The position numbers and the translations under genes were made by a program. The notes below the pieces were generated by a model. It ran no database searches. It saw only the letters and a program-made list of their open reading frames with translations, and had not been told where the DNA came from. Below, piece by piece: positions 56,759 to 64,000 of a stretch of 64,000 nt of DNA (position 1 is its first letter; each line of letters begins with the position of its first letter). This DNA is from a virus: the IMG/VR virus record IMGVR_UViG_3300032285_004073, positions 96,001 to 160,000 of that record; one strand, written 5' to 3'.

Positions 56759-57561
56759 GCTACTAAGAATTTATCAAATACCCAATTACAATCAACTACT
56801 TTAAAAGACATAGTTATCATATCTTGTAATTCCTGTCTATCCACATAGTTAATACCTACATTTGCTTTTATATATCCAGTGGCTTGCATATCCAGACCCT
56901 GTACTATTTTACTAATGTATGGACTATCAAAAGAACAATTAGAATCCTGAGGTATTGCACATTTAAAAATAAAAGGTTTTTTAGTTTTAGTATCATTGCA
57001 GTTAAAAGTAGTTTGATTACAATGGACTATACCGGTGCTATATGTTACACAATTTGCTACGATTTTATCGTTTTTAGTTTTACAAATGGTACTAGCGGTT
57101 TGTATACTAGAATTGTTGTTAACTCTTTCTGTATATCTGTGTAGATATACTACAGCTTGTTGATTTTGAACATAATTAGGAACAATTGTATTAGAATTAT
57201 TAACTGGATAATTAGCATTAAGCCAGGTGCCAACCATTTCTAAATAAGTGGATTGTGTTAAGGTATTAGATAAAATTTCTGGATAGAAAGCCGTAATTGG
57301 ATTTAACCATTTAGCACTATTAGAAAAAACTAAGGTTGTTAATGTATTTAAATTTGCTGAATTACTTTGAATAAAAGTAAGAGAATCTTGTATATAATTT
57401 AAATTATCAAAAAAGAAACCAATTACTGGTATAATTTCATTGTTATAACTATATTGAATATCATTAACCCAATCATTTAAATTAGAATAATTTGTATTTA
57501 TATCTGATAAACTATCACCTATAGCAGACGAAGATAAAATTTGAGAAAATGTATAATTCAT
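56755..57561 (-). CDS. Virion protein, paralog of its neighbours, with a Cys-rich insert
   Basis: SAIGDSLSDINTN, NSAKW..FYP, WLNANYP. Confidence 0.7.
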   Translation of the reverse strand: MNYTFSQILSSSAIGDSLSDINTNYSNLNDWVNDIQYSYNNEIIPVIGFFFDNLNYIQDSLTFIQSNSANLNTLTTLVFSNSAKWLNPITAFYPEILSNTLTQSTYLEMVGTWLNANYPVNNSNTIVPNYVQNQQAVVYLHRYTERVNNNSSIQTASTICKTKNDKIVANCVTYSTGIVHCNQTTFNCNDTKTKKPFIFKCAIPQDSNCSFDSPYISKIVQGLDMQATGYIKANVGINYVDRQELQDMITMSFKVVDCNWVFDKFLVA

Positions 57562-57567
57562 ATATAT

Positions 57568-58356
57568 TTAGCTTTTTATAACCCATTCAAATTTACCTGG
57601 ATTGTAGGGATCTGGGTTTGATATCAATTCATAGGATATAGTTTTATATACAAACCTATCATAATCACTTGCTTGGTATTTAATATTAAGCTTAGATCCT
57701 CCTGAACCAGGACAAGAAAAATTTACAGTAGTATCAGGCGTTGTATTAGTACAATGTGTTTTGGCATCAGAACAAATATGTTGACCTTTAATATCTTGGT
57801 TACAACCTATGGTTCTTCTAGGGTCTGGACAAGGTTTACATTGAATTAATACAGTTCCGTTACTAGGTTTACAGGTTTCTAAATAACTTTCTGAAAATTT
57901 AAAATTAAAGGTATTATCATAATACAATTTAACAAACAAATTAATCACTTGATATGGAGAATAGTTATTAGTAGGGAAATTAAGTTTGACCCAATCTAAT
58001 AACATATTAGCTGATGGGCTAGCTGACCATGTATTATAATTGAGGATTTTGGGGTAGTATAATGAGAATTCATTTACAGACCAAGAAGCACTTAATGTTT
58101 GCACCGTGTTAATAGCTCCGTAATAATTTTGTATTATTCGCTGTATGTTTAAACTCATGTTTTGCATGGTAGCACTAAACTGATTCACAGTAGTACAAAG
58201 TGCTTGCCAATTATTTAAATCCCTTGACAAACTTAACAGATTGGAACTCAGCACTACAACGTTAGTATTAATAATATCAAGAGAATTTCCAACACAAGAA
58301 TTCTCATCTATTAAATCTATATTAGCGCAAGTAGGATCGGTTTTATGTAATTCCAT
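57568..58356 (-). CDS. Virion protein, paralog of its neighbours, with a Cys-rich insert
   Basis: SCVGNSLDIINTN, LSASW..YYP, WVKLNFP; start taken at ATG 58356. Confidence 0.7.
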   Translation of the reverse strand: MELHKTDPTCANIDLIDENSCVGNSLDIINTNVVVLSSNLLSLSRDLNNWQALCTTVNQFSATMQNMSLNIQRIIQNYYGAINTVQTLSASWSVNEFSLYYPKILNYNTWSASPSANMLLDWVKLNFPTNNYSPYQVINLFVKLYYDNTFNFKFSESYLETCKPSNGTVLIQCKPCPDPRRTIGCNQDIKGQHICSDAKTHCTNTTPDTTVNFSCPGSGGSKLNIKYQASDYDRFVYKTISYELISNPDPYNPGKFEWVIKS

Positions 58357-58358
58357 TT

Positions 58359-61300
58359 TTATTTCCAATTAATCTTATAAAGAGATGTATGCACAGGTGA
58401 GAATTTATTTAAAATTCTTTTTATAGCATTTTGTATACTAACCTTTACATTATCACTTACATTCAAATTACGTATATTAATATTATAATATTTACTTTTA
58501 CTTCCCTGGAGTTGAAATTTAAACCAATGTTTAATTTCTTCTACATAATTTCTAGTGCCTATTTGCATATCCCAATTCAAAGTTTTAAACTCTGGCGCAA
58601 ATTCTGATGAATGATATATTTGTTGCATCTCCCCGGTTGTTAAATATATATTATACATTCTTAAATCTGCAACAGATCCCACAAAACGATATCCTTGTGT
58701 AGAATTTAAAAAGTTATTTAAAATAGTATTTTTTACAGAAGCTGCTCCGAGAAGTAAAGATGTTCTGTAATCGTAATGTAATTGTTGAGTATTAGGAAAG
58801 AAATTAGTATGACTTACTGCAATGGCATCAACCATATACTGAGCAAATCCCTGCGTACTATCAAAAACCAAACTAAAATGATGCCACCCAGGAGAAAGAG
58901 AAGATGGGTCAAAATTTAATGATATTAATCTAGCATAATTATTATCCGCATCTGCAACCTTAAATTTCCAACACAAATTATGTCTGGTTGAATAATATTT
59001 TCTTAAATTTTGATATCCAGTAAAATCACCTTTAGAAATAAAATTTATAGAATCTTGAGGATTAGTTAATCCTCCTAAATTTATTCGAGATACAGCTTGT
59101 CCGTTTTGATCTATAAGATAAGCTTCATTGACCGTGGAATCAATCATTACCATTAAATCATCATGGTAAGAAGATAAAGAACATTTATTAGTTAATAAAG
59201 GAGAATCTATAAAATTAATATATCTATTGCGTTCCTTATTTTGTGTAGACGGATAAGATGTATAAGAATCCTGTGTAGTTACTTTTAATAAATTTTCCTG
59301 GGCTAATATATAAGCTGGTTCTTTGTCAGTTGTTGAAAGGAAATGATAATCTTCTTCTAAAGAAGAACTCATAATAGGAATCTGCACTGGTTTAGGAACC
59401 GGACAATTACTTTGATCTAATAAATTAGAACCTAGGCTATAAGAAAATACAAAATTACCTTTAGAATCTATTTTCGTATATTTTTCATCATTAGATATAA
59501 TCCAAAGATTGTTTTCTCGATCACAAGTTATTTGTCTAGATAACCCTACAACTCCAAATATATTTCTATTCTTATAGAGGTTAATACCTATTATTTCCCA
59601 GATATTATTATTGTTATCTATAACTGAGGCATTACCATAAATCTCTATCAACTTATTGTTCAAATCTATTTCTATACGGTTAGTAGAAGAAGAAACAGAG
59701 ACAAGAGACACATAGCTACAATTAGCGTCTAATAACATATATTTTTTAATACTGTTATCGTATATATAGAAATAACCAACACTATTCATTTCTATTTGAT
59801 CAATCTGTTTTAAGAAAGAAGCATTGGGAATAGTTCTGTCTATAATAATTTTATTATCTGGATCATATTTTATAGCTCTAAAATTTAAAGTGTCAAAGAC
59901 CCAATAACTATAATCTGGTAATCTTTGAACTATACTAAAGGAATGATAATTTGGATCTAGATTGTTTACAGTATTTAAAGAAATAGTATTTTTAGATATT
60001 TCGGAGAATCTATAATTTAGATTGTGTATACTATTAGTAGCATTATTAACAATTGTTAAAACAGGAGCCTGTAAACGAGATTCGTTTATTAAACCAAATC
60101 CGCTACCGTAATAGTTACCAAATATTTGATACCCATTAATATTACTCCAGTCATCAGCTTTGACCCAGAGAGAAACTGATAATTTATCATTTGGCAATAA
60201 ACTATCTGTAGCCGGAAATACTGCATAATTTTCACCAGTCAAATTAAAATAATTGTCTTTAAAATCTGTAGGCAAACTATTATAAACCAATCCATTATTA
60301 CTAAATACAGAACTGTCTATTAATGGCGAAGACAACCAATCAGTTATAGTCAATACATTAGAAGGACTATTGTTAACATAATTGTAATTTAAAGAAGGTA
60401 AAAAGTTTTTACTATCTGATCTCCCTGTGTGATGATACTTATAAAGTATTCCTGGCTTTAAATTTACTTGAGATACTATATCATAGATATACGGTAGGTC
60501 TGGATTTAATCTATCATTATAAACTAAAGAAGTCGCTGATAATGCTTGATCCGAAGTATAATAAGCTGAATTATAATATCTATCTTTCCATACTAAAGAA
60601 TTATCGGAATTTCTACATAACCAAGAACACAACCAAATATTATTCACATCATTAGAAGAAAACAAATTCAACCCAGTTGTATGTTCTGTATAACTATAAG
60701 CATTGGTGTAGATTCTATCTGAAACACCTGGTAGTTCTCCTCCTACTGCTCCACTCTCAATAAAACCAGCTTCATTAATAGAAACAATATTTGATGTAGG
60801 ACTATAGAAAAAATAGGTATCACCTACAGGCAATTCCATTTTTAATGTATTAGTTTGATATCCTAGGTGAATAGAATTTAATCCACCAGACTGATTAGTA
60901 CCAGAATATATTTTCGTATATATTCTATTATTGGATAAATTATTATAGTTGTATTCTGTGGTCTGATAATTTTTTAAGGGATGAAAATATAAATCAGTTT
61001 CCGCTCCAGAGGATGTTATATTGAAATTTTCTGTAGGGAATATACCAAGATAATTTTGAAGATAATTTGTATTTTTAGAATATACATGTAAACCGTTTTG
61101 AACATTTAATGGTGATGCTTGATACTTCACTAAAAAACTATTTGCCACACTATCAAAAGATTTTGTTTTACTTTGATAGGAAGACAAATAAAAGACTGCA
61201 TTAGTTGGTAAAGCCGAAGTAGGGTCTATATTGACTAGAGATAAAACACCATCAACACTTGCTACTATGTTATTAAAATTAGATCCTGCAGAGAATAATG

Positions 61301-63083
61301 AAATATAACGATCTCCTAAAAGGTAATCGAATAATTGACTAGAATCTATGTTAGCAGAATTTTTTAAAGGAGTGAATTTTAATTCATCATTCACAATAGT
61401 TAAAATTTGTCCTTGGTTATTTTCTATATATACCTGTGACTTATAAAAATTAAATTTTAATTTATTAATTTCATTGATGTTAGAGAAATATGTATTGATC
61501 AACATGCTGTCGCTAACACCGAAAATATTACCATCAATATCTGCTAAAGGACTTTCTATTAAAGATAATTTATTTGTGATTTCCGGTAGATTATTATCTG
61601 ATAATATATTGTCGTTTTGGTTTAATGTAGTTAAGAATATACCGTTTTTATTATTAAATGTGATATCTTGTAAATTTTGGAGACCATCAAATATATTAAA
61701 AGACATACCATTACTAAAAGTAACTGGAGTTTTAGATAATTTTAGTTGTTCTCCTATGATATTAAAATCCAAAGCATTCCAATAGACTCCAGAAAAATTT
61801 TTAACATGAATTGCTGGTGTTGGTGTAGGAGGAAGTATTACATCAAAATTATTATGAGAAGTAACTGGTGGTGTAGAAGTAACTGGTGGTGTAGAAGTAA
61901 CTGTTTGAAATTGAACTAAATTATTGACTCTAGGTGATCCCAAACCTGTAACCAAATCATAGCCGATTGAATTACTATATCCATTACTACCGCTGGTTAT
62001 GTCTATAAAATACTTAGAATAATTGGAACTAGCTAAATTATACAAAGTGGTGTTTATGTTTTCTTTACCTACAATATTTAAACCAGCACTGTTCATTTTT
62101 GCTATAATAGCAGCCCATTGAGGTGCACCAGCACTGGTCCCCACCGTAGAATACCACCCCGAAAGATTGGTATTAGGGTTAGTCATATAAACAGCTACGC
62201 CAGCTCCATTAACTTCTCCAGCATGATATGATACATCAGGTATTCCTCTTCCTACAAAAGAATTAAAGCCATTTTGATAAGAAGGTCTAGCATTTATATT
62301 ACTAATTCCTCCTCCACTACCAGACCAGCCAACCTCTGTATATGTTCCTTGATAAACATTATAATGTGTAGGTGTACCACCATATAGTACAGTACCACCC
62401 ACTCCCAATACATATGGTGAAGCAGCAGGCCAATTTATCTCTGCACCCCAATCACCAGCAGCTGCAACATATTGTGCACTTGTGTTTTCAAATAAAGTAT
62501 CTGGATAATGACCAACCTGATAATCATATCCTTGATAACAAAAACTCATGGATAATATATTGGCTTTAAGTGTATTAATAGCATAATCAATACACTTAAA
62601 GACATGATATCCGTCTGGATCCACTATTAATGCAATATTAGCAGATAATGCCATAGCATGTGCATATTGCACGTCTAAATTTGTTTCCAAAGCCCATCCT
62701 GAATCATAGCTAGAAGGCGTTCCGAAAGGGTAATATATTTGAATATTAGTAGAAGGTATTCCTGCCGCAGCGCAAAATGTATCTAGATCTGATTGTACAT
62801 TAGGATTACCAAATACATCTATAATAGCTATAGTTTGACCAGCACCATCAGAATTAAAAGATCCACTAACTATATTTGTTACAGAATTAAATCCATAATA
62901 ATCATATAAATTAGAAGGTACCAACCAACCATTTCCCGTAGGAAATGCTGCAGAAGTTACTGGAGCTGGGATGGTATCTCCATTTATATAAGAACCTGTC
63001 TCACCAGTTAAATTACCATTTTCATCTGTGTACCCCCATCTAATTAAAGGCACTGGTTTAACATTTGCTAAAGGATCTTCCAT
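58359..63083 (-). CDS. Giant virion protein: N-terminal sedolisin (S53) peptidase plus LamG/ConA-like domains
   Basis: GAGQTIAIID, ETNLD, AAGDWG, WPAASPYVLGVGGT, GSGGG.S, RGIPDVS, GTSAGAP, DITSGSN..GYDLVTGLGSP; later LSVSLWVK and GWHHFSLVFD..DLRMYN. Confidence 0.85.
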   Translation of the reverse strand: MEDPLANVKPVPLIRWGYTDENGNLTGETGSYINGDTIPAPVTSAAFPTGNGWLVPSNLYDYYGFNSVTNIVSGSFNSDGAGQTIAIIDVFGNPNVQSDLDTFCAAAGIPSTNIQIYYPFGTPSSYDSGWALETNLDVQYAHAMALSANIALIVDPDGYHVFKCIDYAINTLKANILSMSFCYQGYDYQVGHYPDTLFENTSAQYVAAAGDWGAEINWPAASPYVLGVGGTVLYGGTPTHYNVYQGTYTEVGWSGSGGGISNINARPSYQNGFNSFVGRGIPDVSYHAGEVNGAGVAVYMTNPNTNLSGWYSTVGTSAGAPQWAAIIAKMNSAGLNIVGKENINTTLYNLASSNYSKYFIDITSGSNGYSNSIGYDLVTGLGSPRVNNLVQFQTVTSTPPVTSTPPVTSHNNFDVILPPTPTPAIHVKNFSGVYWNALDFNIIGEQLKLSKTPVTFSNGMSFNIFDGLQNLQDITFNNKNGIFLTTLNQNDNILSDNNLPEITNKLSLIESPLADIDGNIFGVSDSMLINTYFSNINEINKLKFNFYKSQVYIENNQGQILTIVNDELKFTPLKNSANIDSSQLFDYLLGDRYISLFSAGSNFNNIVASVDGVLSLVNIDPTSALPTNAVFYLSSYQSKTKSFDSVANSFLVKYQASPLNVQNGLHVYSKNTNYLQNYLGIFPTENFNITSSGAETDLYFHPLKNYQTTEYNYNNLSNNRIYTKIYSGTNQSGGLNSIHLGYQTNTLKMELPVGDTYFFYSPTSNIVSINEAGFIESGAVGGELPGVSDRIYTNAYSYTEHTTGLNLFSSNDVNNIWLCSWLCRNSDNSLVWKDRYYNSAYYTSDQALSATSLVYNDRLNPDLPYIYDIVSQVNLKPGILYKYHHTGRSDSKNFLPSLNYNYVNNSPSNVLTITDWLSSPLIDSSVFSNNGLVYNSLPTDFKDNYFNLTGENYAVFPATDSLLPNDKLSVSLWVKADDWSNINGYQIFGNYYGSGFGLINESRLQAPVLTIVNNATNSIHNLNYRFSEISKNTISLNTVNNLDPNYHSFSIVQRLPDYSYWVFDTLNFRAIKYDPDNKIIIDRTIPNASFLKQIDQIEMNSVGYFYIYDNSIKKYMLLDANCSYVSLVSVSSSTNRIEIDLNNKLIEIYGNASVIDNNNNIWEIIGINLYKNRNIFGVVGLSRQITCDRENNLWIISNDEKYTKIDSKGNFVFSYSLGSNLLDQSNCPVPKPVQIPIMSSSLEEDYHFLSTTDKEPAYILAQENLLKVTTQDSYTSYPSTQNKERNRYINFIDSPLLTNKCSLSSYHDDLMVMIDSTVNEAYLIDQNGQAVSRINLGGLTNPQDSINFISKGDFTGYQNLRKYYSTRHNLCWKFKVADADNNYARLISLNFDPSSLSPGWHHFSLVFDSTQGFAQYMVDAIAVSHTNFFPNTQQLHYDYRTSLLLGAASVKNTILNNFLNSTQGYRFVGSVADLRMYNIYLTTGEMQQIYHSSEFAPEFKTLNWDMQIGTRNYVEEIKHWFKFQLQGSKSKYYNINIRNLNVSDNVKVSIQNAIKRILNKFSPVHTSLYKINWK
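61857..61903 (-). repeat. Perfect 18-nt tandem repeat (about 2.6 copies) encoding the VTSTPP linker
   Basis: agaagtaactggtggtgt x2 plus agaagtaactg. Confidence 0.85.
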
Positions 63084-63111
63084 CTTATATATTTATTATT
63101 AAGTCCTATAT

Positions 63112-63999
63112 TTAAGATTTAAATAACCCGTAATTGTTACCAAATACATCAGTTCTCCACTGATTTAAGACGCCCTTATTAGTTAGTAAAGAAGTAATTC
63201 TATCATTATATGAATTAAAACTTAATTCGTTTCTGAAAGTAGGAGGATAGTTAGGCCCTCCAGTCCAAACTTTAAAATTATTAGGATCCCAAAATTGAAA
63301 ATTATCACTTTGAGTACTGAGACCTATTTGATTTTTAGTATCAATTTCGTAACTAGATTGATAAGGGACTAATTTTTGATTATTAACTGTATCTATAATA
63401 GTACCAGCTACCTTTCCAGCATAGTATGGTTGAAACATCCAACTATTATCTACATGATTAATAATAACCGGTGCTAGTTGATCATTTTTTGATAAACCTC
63501 TATTTCTTGGACCATATTTCTCTATATCTAAAAACAACAATTCAGCACTTATAGAATTGAAATAAGTTACACTATTAAGATCTAAACTTATATTATATCC
63601 TTTACCTCTGTAATAAGAAGTACCAAATCTATCTGGCGACATATAACCACCCGTCTGGGTTTTTGAAACCATATTAGAAGGGAATGATACTGTAGCAACT
63701 GTAGGGAAATGCACATTATCTAAATTAGCATAAGGTTCCATTGCTTCTGTTACTAAACTAGAAACGACCGGGAAAAAACTATTATTGCAAAAATTAATAT
63801 TATATAAATTTTGTGTATATTTAAATGGATTTCTAGAATAGTAATTATACTTTGCTGGTTTGAAATCTGAATAACTTTCTAATGTTAAATCACTCTTTTC
63901 GTCTGTGGAATAAGTTACTAAATTTAAAAGAGTAGAAGGTGTCAAATTATAACAAGAGTTAGGAGCCTCTTTATTAATAATCAGTTTATTCCATTGAAT
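63112..63999 (-). CDS. Partial (5'-truncated) virion-associated protein
   Basis: Frame stays open from the ORF-track TTG (63945) to the window edge (IQWNKLIINKEAPNSCYNLTPS...). Confidence 0.75.
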   Translation of the reverse strand: MQWNKLIINKEAPNSCYNLTPSTLLNLVTYSTDEKSDLTLESYSDFKPAKYNYYSRNPFKYTQNLYNINFCNNSFFPVVSSLVTEAMEPYANLDNVHFPTVATVSFPSNMVSKTQTGGYMSPDRFGTSYYRGKGYNISLDLNSVTYFNSISAELLFLDIEKYGPRNRGLSKNDQLAPVIINHVDNSWMFQPYYAGKVAGTIIDTVNNQKLVPYQSSYEIDTKNQIGLSTQSDNFQFWDPNNFKVWTGGPNYPPTFRNELSFNSYNDRITSLLTNKGVLNQWRTDVFGNNYGLFKS

Positions 64000-64000
64000 A

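Noticed and set aside
39435-58356. Diversity-generating retroelement targeting fibre tips
   Set aside because: No reverse transcriptase and no near-identical template/variable repeat pair differing at adenines in this window.
781-62569. Numerous short antisense or alternate-frame ORFs in the track (e.g. 781..1020, 8415..8789, 21167..21406, 53719..53979, 55437..55697)
   Set aside because: They are shadows of long, motif-bearing genes on the other strand or frame; low-complexity and without promoter or coupling signals.
63112-63945. TTG start at 63945 given by the ORF track
   Set aside because: The frame is open to the window edge, so the gene is simply truncated.
1-64000. Stop-codon reassignment (TAG/TGA recoding as in some large phages)
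   Set aside because: All hallmark genes are full length in code 11, and TAG (e.g. 8130-8132) and TGA serve as normal stops.
1-64000. tRNA genes, self-splicing introns, inteins, homing endonucleases
   Set aside because: Intergenic gaps are about 100 nt or shorter and show no cloverleaf. Portal, capsid, primase, helicase and clamp-loader genes are uninterrupted and of normal length, and no HNH, GIY-YIG or LAGLIDADG motifs were seen.

Overview
This 64-kb window is an internal segment of a large, AT-rich (roughly 30% GC by eye) T4-like myovirus genome; the host cannot be identified from the sequence. It is almost fully coding in the standard genetic code, and a gene is cut at each edge. The T4-type head and neck module comprises gp15, gp13, gp4, gp21, a gp67-like protein, gp22 and gp23. 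The portal (gp20) and a small terminase-like gene (gp16) are displaced and inverted relative to it. Replication and nucleotide genes include the gp61 primase, gp44/gp62 clamp loader, an Fe-S DinG-type helicase, dUTPase, two NadR/AAA_28-type kinases, a GroES-like co-chaperonin and a DenV-like glycosylase. Baseplate gp25/gp6 and about 40 kb of very large fibre/baseplate-accessory genes fill most of the rest. I found no tRNA, rRNA, CRISPR array, integrase, intron or intein. The most interesting observations are: (1) a four-gene operon of QueC, a glycosyltransferase, a class II glutamine amidotransferase and DUF366, a candidate pathway for a new, possibly glycosylated, 7-deazaguanine modification; (2) a sedolisin (S53) protease with intact catalytic motifs fused to a 1574-aa LamG virion protein; (3) structured RNAs in the few long intergenic gaps (a 19-bp stem whose three mismatches are all G-U on the sense strand, and tandem GCAA-tetraloop hairpins); (4) apparently leaderless early transcription with almost no Shine-Dalgarno sites; (5) a DenV-like gene lacking a canonical start and in frame with the upstream kinase. 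All family calls come from motif recognition by eye; no database searches were run.
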